Positions 22,733 to 34,244 of a stretch of 64,000 nucleotides of DNA are shown here, piece after piece. The position numbers and the translations under genes were made by a program. The DNA lies in NCBI GenBank assembly GCA_039621445.1, contig CP154954.1, positions 15,147,805-15,211,804 of the forward strand. Direction: 5' to 3'. Below the pieces are notes generated by a model. It had not been told where the DNA came from and made no database searches. It saw nothing but the letters and a program-made list of their open reading frames with translations. The DNA comes from Euglena gracilis (taxonomy: Eukaryota). Position 1 is the stretch's first letter; each line of letters begins with the position of its first letter.

Positions 22733-24660
22733 ATTGCCCCCCGCGGCACCCGAGCCATTGGCACTCTGGGCCCCCGGCGTGGACTGGGTCTGGGGGTCTG
22801 TGGTTGCCGGGGGCACTCTGGCTTCGGGGCCTCGGGGGTCCTCGCTCTCCGGCCCCACTCCTCTGGGTGGCTGCGGTAGCTCCTGGATGGGGGGGCAAAA
22901 ATTTCAAAATTTTCGATTTTCTTTTCCAAAACGAAAAGCCGATTTTTTATTTCGGCATTTTCTTTTGGTGCCCCCTTCATTGTTGAGTCCACCTCCAGGA
23001 GCAGGGCGTTGTGGGCCTGGATCACCTGCCCGTGGGTGGTGACCTCGGCCCACAGCTCCTGCAGGCTGTGGCCCTGCCCCTCAGCCCTGGCCCTTAGCTC
23101 CCTTATGTCCTCCCTTATGGTCCCTTGTTGTTCGGCGATGGCTGTGGCCTGTCCGTCCAGCTGTGCTCGAAAATTTTGCAGGGCCTGTGCAATCCCTGCA
23201 TTTCTTTCTCGCAGCCCCCCGAGTTCACCCGTCAGCTGGTTCAATTTTTGGTCCAGGGCCTCGGCCTGGGCCTGCTGCCGCCCGCTGGCCAGGTCCTGGC
23301 TCCTCATCACCTCCTCCGTCGTCCGGACGGAGGTGATGAGCAGCTCCTCAAAATTTTTCACCCGCCCAGCCATCGCCTCGTTGAACCCCGGCCCTTCAGC
23401 TGGCTGGTGACCCTGGCTGGCGATGGCCTCGAGACCCTGGACCCGCTGGGCTAGTTGGGCCACCGTCCCGAGGCCTTCGCTCAGCCGGCTGGTCACCAGC
23501 TCGCTGAGGGCTGTCATTCCCCCAGCAAAATTTTCCCCTTGCCCCTGCTGCAGCCTTTGAAAATTTTCAGCCAGCTGGGACGCTAGCCCAGCCTGGGTTC
23601 TTTCCATTTGCTGCACCACTCCTTGAAAGTTTTCCGTGACCCGCTGAAACTGCAGGGACACCAACTGCTCCAGGCGGCTAACTGAAGCAGCTGTGGTGGC
23701 CCCCGCTTCAGCAAGCCGACTTTGCAGGTCGCCAACCCAACCGTCCAACCGCTGGATCTCCTGCCCCAGAACCACTGAGGCAGCGGCCTGTGCCTCCGCC
23801 TCCTCCCACAGCCTCTGGGGGGGGTGCGGGGGGTGCCTCCCCTTCGGGCTCTGTTCTGGCACCAACCCCCCCTGGGCCGTCTGGTCCTCGTCCTCCACCA
23901 TTTCCCCTGCTGGGGGCAGCTCCTGCAGTTGCCATTGGGTGGTTCCGTCTGAGGCATGTCCTTGGGGCCCATCATGCCCGGGCCCGGCATGCACCAGCGA
24001 GCAATGGTCGGGTCCGGCTGGGAAATGCCCAGACACGACATGGCTCACCGGCGCATGTGCCGGCCCGGCATCCCCAGGGTTCTGCCAGGGCCCCGCCTCC
24101 AATAGAAGGGGCTGGGCATGGCTTGCAAATTCTTCTTCGTCTTCTTCTTCTGCTGGTTCTTCCTCCTCTTCTTTGATCTTCCCTCGCATTGCAAATTGCC
24201 ACATGACCTGCCTGGTCATGTCATGCACAAACCCTGGCATGACCAAGCTGGGCATGCCGGATAGCAGTCCCAGGCTGCCGGGCAGTGCCAAGCCGGACCC
24301 AGAAGATTGTTGCTGCTGGGGGTCCGGCTGGGCTGGCCCAGCAATGGCCAGGAGCTGCTGGCCCTGGCCGTAATGGCTGGGGCTGCCATGGCTGTGGCGT
24401 GTGTCGTCTTCGTCCTCCTCCTGGTATTCTGGGAGTTCCCCAGGCTCACATAGTGTGAGCCCAGAGGGCTCAAACCCCCCTCTGCTACCATGTAGGGGTT
24501 GCCCCTCCTGAGGTCCCTGGGGAGGGACCCCTGGCGGCGCAACCCGCGTAGGATCGTTTTTGTTTGAGCCCGTCGGGCCCACCTGGTGGGGGGTTTCCCC
24601 TTGGAGGAAAAATGGGGTAGGGGTGGGTGTTGTTGAGGATGGTGATGTTGAAAATGACAT
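22733..24660 (-). pseudogene. Gag-like N-terminal region (acidic/Pro-rich then coiled coil), 3'-truncated
   Basis: ORF 22699..24675; first ATG at 24660 lies within the LTR; same layout as B; no capsid or knuckle motif reached. Confidence 0.6.
24479..24490 (-). promoter_or_regulatory. Primer-binding site, initiator tRNA-Met type
   Basis: TGGTAGCAGAGG directly after LTR-end CA. Confidence 0.85.
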
Positions 24661-25159
24661 ACTTTTGAGGTCCAATCAATTAAACTTGAATGAATAATCA
24701 ATAATACTCAATGACTTGAACTTGTTTGCTTGAACTTGTTTGATTGTTGCAAATGCAAACACAATTGAATGCCAAATGACAAATAAAACAGAGTGTAAAC
24801 AGAGCCCTGCACAGAAAATGTGCAATTGGAGGGAGGCTACAGCTGGGGGGGCCACTTGGTATACTTTGCGCAATTCTTAATGAATTGCGCCATCCCAAGC
24901 GCCCACCAAGGGGGTGCGCATGCTTGCGCAAAGCCCAGCAGGGCTTGCACATCCCCTTGGGGGTTGCCTGTTGGCCCCCTCCAACTGCCCCCTCCTTTAC
25001 CTTCCCTGGCTTGGTCAAAATGGACTGTGGGGCCCCCTTGGGGGCCAGTGGGGCCTCAAAAGGCCCTTGGGGACCTTGGAGCCCCCTCGCGGCCCTTCGT
25101 GGCCCCTTTGGGCCCCCTTGGGACACCACCTTGGGGCGGGCACCCTCGGACCGCGCACA
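24491..25159 (-). repeat. 5' LTR of element D (about 669 bp)
   Basis: TG...CA ends bounded by PBS; shares CAGGGCTCTGT with the B LTR. Confidence 0.7.
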
Positions 25160-28100
25160 AGCTGGAATTCTGCTGGAATTACTTGCAGGAAGTTGGCAAA
25201 TATTGCCAGAGGAATTTCGAAAGTGCGGGTATTGACCTTGCAAACTATCGGGAAACCTTTGACAAAATGTGCCAACAACTCCCGCAACACTTCCGGCAAA
25301 TTAGTGAATGCATGCATGAAGCGGAAACGCGGAATGACTCCAAGTTTCTGCACTTGCATGACTCACTACAACGGTTATCGGGACAAATGGAGTCCTGTTC
25401 ATCCGCGTTGTTGCATTTGCAACAACAGTTGCATGCACGAGATTCCTCGTCTGCAACATCCAACAGTGGTGTATTTGTGTCTATGGACCATTTCACCACA
25501 TTGTCCGCAACTTTCCATGAATCGCAACACCGCATTATGCAGTTGTGCGATGAAACGGAAAAGTTTCGGCAATTCCAGTCACAAGCCAACGAGAATTTTG
25601 CTCCCCACACGTATGTGTGGCAGTTGGAGGAGCGACTTTCCCGTTTGGAGCAGAAAACCTGCTATTGTGACTCGAATCGGGTTGGATTATCCAATCTGAG
25701 CGCGAAAGTCGCGGAAATGGCACAACGGCAGGATTCCCTGCAGTTGCAGTTGCAACCCGACATTGGCGGGATTAACTCGGCCATTGCGGGTTTGCAACAA
25801 AGCTATTCCGCACTTTCCCACCGAGTTCCGGACATTAGCGGCATTCAGACTGCTATTGGAGAACTCCAGACCCGGTATGCATCGGTGTCTACCAAAGTAA
25901 CGGAAATGCAGTCTCTACCTGCAGGTTCCAGTTCTCGGATTACCGAGAACCCTGATTTCAAGGCATTTTATGACAAAATGCTCACTAACAATCAGGAAAC
26001 CTTGCAAGATTTCTGCAACAGCCTATTACGGCTTGAGGAATCGGTGAATCGGAATGCCCGATCCACGCAAAGTGAGATTACCAGGTTGGATGAGCGAATT
26101 TCCGCGTTGTTGGATAACCCACAACCTGGAAATTTGCCCATGGGTACCACAACCGTGTTGTCGGATAACCCTGCACCGGTTGCACCCACCACCACACCAA
26201 CCAAGGTGACATCACCCTTGCAGATTCTCTCAAATGCTGTAAAAGCATTAATGGGACAATTCCAATTATTGGATAAGTCTCACGGGAAACTTGTCCAAGA
26301 TGTTACCGGAATTTCCGAAAGGATTCCGCACTTGGATGACTTTTCCCGTTACCGCAAGCGTATTCGCGCTTTGGAGGATCAAGTTGACCGTATTTGCGGC
26401 CAACTCCAATTCGTTGAGCATTTGGAGCAAAGTGTGCATGACTTGTCTGTGGATTTGGATAATGTGTCCAACCAACAGCGGGTTTCACACCGCAATTCGG
26501 CAGTATGCATTGCCGAAGATGCGCCAAATGTTCCAGAGTCGCGTTTTCATAACCCGGCTCTGGGTGCACATGCACCACCACCACCCGTGTCCCGAGTGTC
26601 ACAATCCGCGATCCGGCGAATTGTGCCACCATTGGCCTTGTCCACAACCCAAAACCAGTTTTCGGATGAATTTCCCATTACGGGAACCGAATTCGCGGAA
26701 AACACGGCGATTCCGCCAAGTCTCCACCAAGAAATCCGTCATTCCATGCTTGTGCGTGGAATGAGCCAAACCCGTACACCGGGAGTGGGTCACATGTTGC
26801 ATGCGCGACATACCCCTACACCGGAGAGTCTCCCTAGTACGGGTGACCAACAGGGTTTGCGACCGGATTTCCGGTACCAGGATTCACCTTCACCAGAAAT
26901 TTCGCGATTCCGACAAGAATCCGGAAAGGATACGCTTGGTGCTCGAGCGTACCCGGGCCCGAATCCACGGAATACGACCGAGGGCCAACGGGTTTTTCAG
27001 AAAGACTTCAAGGGCACCATCGCAATCGCGAATAAGGTGAAACCCCAGTGGGATGGTGATCCAACCACATGGAGACAGTTTTTCCGGGACTGGGAGTACT
27101 ACTGGGCATTGAAAGGGCCAACCCAGGACACAAACCCGGAGGTGATCAAGATAGAATTCATCGATTGCCTCCCTAGGGATGAAAAGGAGCGCGCGCGACA
27201 ACTCGTCATTCGCTACCGCGTTTCCTTTGATGACCTGGTGGAGCAATACGCTTCCACCAGTTCAAGTTTGGTCGCTAGGATTACCCTGGAGACCAAGTGG
27301 CGGCAATGCGCCCCACCAGACCGCAAGTGGAAGTCCATTGACCTTTGGTATGCCAAATGGTTGGGACTTGCCGCTGAAGTGGATTAACTCAGTGAAAAGC
27401 AAATGCGCGAACAGTTTGACGCTGTTCTAATGCATTTCACGCCTAGCCTCATCAAGGATATCCATCGTGAGGAGTTGGCCGGTAATGCAATGACTCTTGA
27501 CCAACGCTGGAACTACGTTTCCAAGCAATTGAAGCTATCACAGCTTCTTGGTCAGATTCAATCCGCGTATACCGCACACCCAACCGCTGGATTACCGGCT
27601 GGTTCGGTAAACGCATTGCAAAAATCACCGGTTTCACCTACTTCACCCACCACGGGATCGAAAACGCGATACCCGCGTTCTTCGGACCAAGCCACGGATA
27701 AAGTGTGCTTTGTGTGCAACAAATCGGGACATATGTCTCGGGAATGTCCTAATCCTGAAGCGCGTAAGCGTATTCAGAGTCCGCGAGGCTCGACCTCATC
27801 ACGTGGTTCGGGTTCCTCCGCGTTTTCACGCCAATCGGGCAATTCACGGTCATCGGGTCCCCGTTACGGTGGTATTAGCCCCCGGATCCCGTTCCGCGAT
27901 GAGCGGAAACACGGTACCCCTCGGGGTAGGTCACCCGGTGCCCTGGCCAAGAAGCGTGATTCTCATCGCGAGACATCGCGATCGCGTTCGCGAAGTGGAT
28001 CATCCTCTTCGCGATCCTCATCGGGAAAACCCCGATACACCGGTCACGGTCGACGGGATACCCAGTCACCACGACGGTTTGCCGGGAAATCGGGAAACCG

Positions 28101-28437
28101 ATCCCCCCGTTACCCAGACTCGCGACACAAATCTCGGCGTTCGCTTTGTGGATCGAGTGATCACCACTCATCCAAATGTCCGCGTTCTCGTTCTCCCCGC
28201 CCTGGCCAACGTCATCGCGGTATGAATCGCGGTGACAAGGGTCACTCCTCCAACCGCCATAAAGTCGGTTTCAAGATATCTTGTTTGGAGGATGACACCC
28301 CGGCTTCAAGCAGGGAGGGGGATGAGACCACGGATACCGATTTCGACGAGGCCCGCATGGCGGTGCGCACGTTGAAATCCGTTTATACCTCTAAAAGGCC
28401 CATAGCCGGCTATTCGGCCGGTTCGGACCTGGAGTAG
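25160..28437 (+). pseudogene. gag: Gag of family E (coiled coil, capsid-like core, CCHC knuckle, SR-rich tail)
   Basis: KPQWDGDPTTWRQFFRDW, CFVCNKSGHMSREC, degenerate second knuckle; internal TAA at 27385-27387; TAG at 28435-28437. Confidence 0.85.
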
Positions 28438-31400
28438 GGGAGCCCGAGGTCCGAGGGCACGGACCTCTGGGCTGATGAACAGATGGAGGTAGGACCTGAT
28501 CAACCCTGCCCCCCCTGCCCATCTGCCTTCCTGGTCGGTACCCGGAAAATTTTCGGGTCCCCCACCCCCCACTCCAACTTTCCGCTCGGAATGTTGTGCA
28601 AAGTAGGAAAGGGTTCATGGGAAAGCTGGCAAGAAAACGTATTTTCGCCAGACCCTTCACTTTGCTTACCCCCCATGGAACTTTTGGTCCAAGCGGAAAT
28701 CAAAATCCAAAATTTTTGTACAAAAGTCAAAATTGTCATTGACACTGGTTGTCGCATTGCACTACTTTTTCGGTTCGGGTTGATACCAACCCCCCTCTTG
28801 GTGAAAGCCAAGAAGCCGATCAAAATTACGACGGCTGACAACACCCTCATGTGCGGTGGTGACTTGGGATGCTTTTTGGACATTGTCCTACCCCTCATCC
28901 CCAAGCACCACTCACACCCCCCCCAACCGCAAAATTTTCCGGATACCTGGGGATATGAATCCGGAATCCATGGTTCTGACGTAATCCTGGGATACCCCTT
29001 TTTACGTCAGCACCGGCCGGTAGTGGATTGCCACTCCCACGGTTCGCGCACATCACCATTCTCCTCATTGCCCCCCAAACCCTCATCACCTGTGGCGTCA
29101 ACCGCGATAGCCACCAATTTTTCCACACCGTTTTCGAAAACTTTTACCCCGTTACCAACCACACCAACCAACGTTTTCCACACCGGGTGTACCGAGAAAG
29201 TTCACCCCCTGCCCGTTGACACACTAACTTCCGTTCCCCGTGAGGCAGGGCAAGCAAGTAGCGGTACCCCCCTCGTTCCACTGGGTTACAAGACGAAAGT
29301 CCAAAGGACTGAAGTAATCACGGTGTCGAGTAGTCGCCCAGCTGCACTAATACCACGTTTTCCACCAGATGTATCGCTTTCAGATACATCTGTACACCCC
29401 CCAGCAGCTACAAAAGCGCATCCCAACTTTTACACACACCCCCACCAGACCAACATGCGCGACCAGGACCACTACTCCGACACTTCCTTCCAATGTGTGC
29501 ACTGTAGGAGAATTTCCGCCCAGCCAGATTTCGATTGTGGATGTCTAGTCCAAACACCAACACTAATCCCGATTTCGCGTAACCATACACTTGGTTGCGG
29601 ATCGCAATGCGCGACCGTACATCAAGTGCTCCAACAGCGAGGTATTGCCTTGTTGTTCGGGACCGCGAAATCCGTGTCACACACCTCCCCCACCTCCATC
29701 TGGCATGATATGGACTGGGTATGCACCCATCCAACCCATCAACCCTTGGGAATGCCCCTTGGGAGTGTGGATGACACACCCTGGACCTATGTTTGCGGAT
29801 CCCTGAATTGCGTTACCGCTCTTCAACCCGCGAACCAGGTCGACACCTACGCGATGCGCGTATGGAACGCATTTAAATTTGGTCAATACCGTATTTTGGA
29901 GGAATGCTTCTCCACAATCGCGGCTTTGGCTGATTCCTTCGATTTGTCGTTGGAAATTGATGCGTTCTCATCAAAAGCGCATGCGCGCTTGTCGCGATAT
30001 TGGTCGACATTCAAACACATTTCTTAAATTCTGGGGTGATACGGTGCTATGGATGCACCCTCCCCCAAAACTTATCCCGGATGTGGTGGAGAAAATCCTC
30101 CGCGATGAAGCGCGAGGAGCTCTCCTCATACCCGTCAATCCGAATGCGGATTGGTTTCACCAACTATCCCATGTGTGTTTTCATTGGTGGGATTTACCCG
30201 CTGATGTACCACTATTTGAGGATTTTTGTGGTATATTATTACCACCTGTTAAAGAAATCATTTTTCGCGTTTGTTTCTTTGACGCATTCGGAATATCCGA
30301 TGTGCGTGTGCCAAGATACCTTGGCACCAATGGGGATGCCACACCCTCAACGCAGATTTCTGCGGTCATTGAGAGTGCGGACCAACATCCCAAGTCTGCT
30401 GATTATTGTTCGCGAATTGCTCGCGAATTTTATGGTGTACTGGATAATCCAGTTTACGCCTGCGACATCGACCCCGCGATTCGCGGTCCGTTCGGTGTAT
30501 GCAAAATCGAGCTCAAGGATGGCGCTAAACCCATGCACCAGAAATTTTTCCGTTGTTCGGGTGAACGCGAACAGGCTCTCAACGAGATGATTGAGAAGCT
30601 CATTCAGCGGAAGTGGATTATCCCTTCCAAGAGCGAGTGGACATCACAAGCTTTTGTGGTGCCCAAACCCGCTGACCAGTCTGGTCAGAAGAAGTGGAGA
30701 CTGGTGCTGGATTACCGGTACCTGAACTACCAAACGAAGGATGACCCCTTCCCGTTACCGCTGATCGAGGATTTGATCACAAAACAATCGGATAACCGGT
30801 TGTGGTCAATCTTTGATCTGGAAGACGGTTTCCATCAGATGCATTTGCATCCTGATTCGCAACCGTACACGGCATTCGTGACATCCAAGGGTGTGTACCA
30901 ATGGACGGTACTCCCCATGGGTGTTAAGAATGGCCCAGCCATGTTTCAACGCATGATCCAGTGGGTTTTGCGCGATTTACCGTTTGCTCTGGTGTACATC
31001 GATGATGTACTGGTGGGAACCCAACCGCCATCCGCGAAATCGGGCGAGGATATCCTCGACCCGCATTATCGCGATGTGCGCGCGGTATTATCCGCGTTCC
31101 AAAAGCATGTGCTTTTTGTGAAGGGTTCCAAAATGCACCTGTTTCGCAAAATTATTAAGTTTTGCGGACACATCCTGAGCAACGGGCAGCGTAAAGCCGC
31201 ACCCAGTAAGATGGAGGCCATTAGGAAATGGACTCCTGAGGTCATTAAGACCTTAACACATTTAAAAGGATTTTTGGTATTAGCCTAATATTACGCGATT
31301 TACATGAAAGATTTCGCGAAAATCGCGGTACTCCTAACCCGACAACTCAAACATCGGACACCCGATAACGCAAAAGTCATTTGGGATGACCAAATGCGCG

Positions 31401-32317
31401 AGGCCTTGAATAAAATCAAGGACTTGCTCCTCGAGAACGTGGTTCTCGATATCGCGGATCCATACAAACCGTATGTCCTGGAGGTCGACAGCAGCGATTA
31501 CGCTGTTGGCGGGGTTCTTAGCCGGCATAATGCGGCAAAGGAACTCCGACCTGTGGTTTTTTTCAGCAGGAAGCTACAGGGCGACAACGGGAAAGGACAG
31601 GTTAAATGGAGCATTCGCGAAAAGGAGACATATGCCATTGTGCTAATTCTCCAGAAATTCCGCAGCTGGATAGCCAGCAGCCTTGTCCAGATATTGGTGT
31701 TGACGGATCATGAAGCCTTCAACACTGGTATACCGAGGACCTGAACAAGGCCATGTCATCAGTTGGCAGAAGATGCCGATGGCATGAGTTCTTGAGCCAG
31801 TTTAACCTGGTGGTAGTTTATACCCCAGGTCATACGCAAAAGGTTGCGGATCCTCTCAGCCGAGCCCCCTGGTATTGTCCTGGGAACCCGGATGAGGGTG
31901 ATGCGACTTTTCATGGCAGCCATGAGGCTGACCAGTTCGCACGTGGATCCGACGCTGCGGACAACATGCTCGATTCACTACCGGTTTCCCGGGTGTATCG
32001 CAGCATCGCCATTTCACCATTGCGTGGAAGGCGCCGGCGTGGACGCACTGCCGGACCCCGTCGCATTACGCGTACGGAAACTCCTACCCCCCTATTTTTC
32101 CGCGAATGGGATTATTCGCGTGACCCTATATATAGTACCATTGTGAATAGACTTCGTAATGGTGAATCCATAGAGAATTACTCTCTATCACCATTGCGGC
32201 TTATTTTCCGGAATGATTCTGGTTATAAATATATGTATACCCCAAGACCTGGTTGATGATGTGATTTTGAGCTATCACAACCATGGTCACCCTGGGGCCC
32301 CCAAACTGCTTTCACTA
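28438..32317 (+). pseudogene. pol: Pol of family E: protease, spacer, N6-MTase-like domain (about 29880-30290), RT, RNase H, integrase N-terminus
   Basis: VIDTG, ILGYPFL; IDAFSS..W..LWMHPPP.LIPDVVEKI..LLIP..W; LDYRYLN, DLEDGFHQ, YIDD; VDSSDYAVGG, EKETYAI, LTDH; YHNHGHPG; frameshifts or stops near 30020, 31287, 31716 and 32235. Confidence 0.9.
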
Positions 32318-33002
32318 TGTTCCCGCCCGTGGGCGCCCGAATTGTTTCAATTCAACGGCTTTCCGGCTTCTCGACCGCTGCGAGCGGCGAAAAAGCCGTG
32401 GAAAACGGCTGAAAAGCCGTGTTGAACAGCGAAGATGCCGTTTCTCCGTGCCCTTTTGGCGGAAAAGCCGTTTGGCCGGCGGCACTGGCGCAAAAGGCGG
32501 CTTTTTTGTACTCCGTCGCGGAAAACCGACAAGGAAGGAAGGGACACCGCGGGCGAAGCACAAAGGCCTTGGGAAACTGAGGCCCCCCCTTCTCTCTCCG
32601 CCGGCCCACGACGCAAAAAAAAACGCCCATTTTCTTTGCTGTGGCCTTTTTTTTAACATGGCTGGCTTTCCCCGTTTGTTTCGACAACATATTTGCCAAC
32701 CCCTCAACTAACAAGGAAAAGCAACTCTCATCGCAAAGTGTTCGTGACAAATTGCGGGACAAAACTGTTCTGGAGTTCTGGGACAAAAGTGCGGGACATC
32801 TCAAAAGAAGGGTTGCTGTCACTGCTGTGCCTCCGCCACTTTGTTCTGCAACGAGTGCAGTATAAGCTCTTGAAAAGCAGAAGCGTATATCTGGCCGAAT
32901 TGCACCATTTCTCGTTCAGCTGTCGGGCAGGGGAAAAAATTCCTCTACGAAAAAGAGGAGTCCAGAATGAGGCTCACAACCAGAACAAAACATGCATTGC
33001 AC
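32318..33002. repeat. Unidentified insertion starting TG that interrupts the E integrase; contains a 65-bp motif also found near 59004-59067
   Basis: Integrase similarity stops at TGTTCCCG; gtactcc.tcg.ggaaaaccga.a.gg.aggaagggacaccg.gggcgaag.acaaag occurs twice in the window. Confidence 0.45.
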
Positions 33003-33320
33003 ACATGGTGGCCATCATGGGGCATGATGGCAGATGGCCATCCTGGGTTGTGATGGCCATCAAGGGTCATGATGGACATCAAGGGTCATGATGGCCATCA
33101 CAGGTCATGATGGCCATCAGGGCCATCAGGTGTCATCATGGCCATCATGGATATTGATGGGCATCAAGGGTCATGATGGCCATCATGGGTCATGATGGCC
33201 ATATGGGTCAGGATGGCCATCATGGGTCATTATGGCCATCATGTCATGAATATGGGTCAGGATGGGCATCATGGATCTTGATGGCCATGGGTTGTGATGC
33301 ACCTCATGACAACCATGGAC
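33003..33320. repeat. 9-bp-period palindromic minisatellite (catgatggc/catcatggg type)
   Basis: Dense ATGATGGCCATCAT-type units. Confidence 0.92.
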
Positions 33321-33513
33321 AGAAAAATGGCCCTAAAGTGCTAAGTGGGGGGCGAAAAAAACAAAAAAAGCAAATATCCCCAAACTGGAAAAACCAAATC
33401 CAACAAGAAACATTTTTTTTCAAGAGCTTTGATGGAAGGAATTGAACAAACTCTTTACAATCAGGGGTTTTTTCAGACGGGGGGGGAGGGGATCGGCAGA
33501 CACCCACCAACAT

Positions 33514-33750
33514 GGCCAAAAATGCATGAAATTGCACCTCTTTCAAAATTTTCGAGGCCAGAAAAGATATACTCACCAGCCCGTACCCCACCCCCCCAGT
33601 GGGGGGGGGGCACGGGGTCCAAGGGCCACCAAAATTGGCCAGAAATGCATGAAATTGCACCTCTTTCAAAATTTTCGAGGCCAGAAAAGATATACCCACC
33701 AGCCCGTACCCCACCCCCCAGTGGGGGGGGGGCAGGGGGTCCAAGGGACC
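33514..33750. repeat. Direct repeat, two copies of about 120 bp
   Basis: ggcca.aaatgcatgaaattgcacctctttcaaaattttcgaggccagaaaagatatac... at 33514 and 33637. Confidence 0.9.
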
Positions 33751-34244
33751 CACCCACCCCACCCCCTCCCCCCCGGGGAGGTGTCCAAGGCTTAAAAAAA
33801 AAACCCTGTTTCCAATCACCTGCGTTCATGGGGGAACCCATGGTCAGGGACCATAGGCCACTGTAGAACGGCTGGTTCAACATCAGGCTTTTGCTCAAGG
33901 ACCTGGGGGGGGGGGGGCTAATCGGCTGGACTCTGGAAAAAAAATTGACTTGCTAGACCCCCCCCCTCCACCCCCCGGTCCGGGGGTCCCCGCAGCTGGA
34001 AAAAATTTTCCTGCGAGGTGGAAGTGAGGTTTTTAATCGGTCTTTGGCTGATTTTGTTCCAAAAATTCCCCAAATTGGACTAGCCGCAGTCCAGCCCCCC
34101 CCCCCTCCAGGGGTACTGCAATCCCTTAAGCAAAAGCCTGTTCAACACGGAAGGTTGAAGTGCTTGTGCAGCGCAACTTCAGGCTCAACTTTTGCTCGGT
34201 CTTCCGAGCATTCAGGAGCCACAGTGAGGGACATTGAATGAATG

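Larger units (their letters stand above)
22733..25159 (-). mobile_element. Family D LTR element fragment (5' LTR, PBS, gag N-terminus)
   Basis: TGTGCG start at 25159, ...CCTACA end at 24491, PBS immediately after, long ORF; left boundary approximate. Confidence 0.8.
25160..32317 (+). mobile_element. Family E Ty3/Gypsy element, internal part, truncated at both ends by other insertions
   Basis: gag-PR-N6MT-like-RT-RH-start of integrase zinc finger in order. Confidence 0.9.

Noticed and set aside
24461-24490. tRNA gene
   Set aside because: Only the 3'-end complement (PBS) is present; no cloverleaf
24820-25159. N-terminal 113 aa of ORF 24820..27387 as part of E gag
   Set aside because: It is the antisense strand of the D LTR, open by chance across the junction
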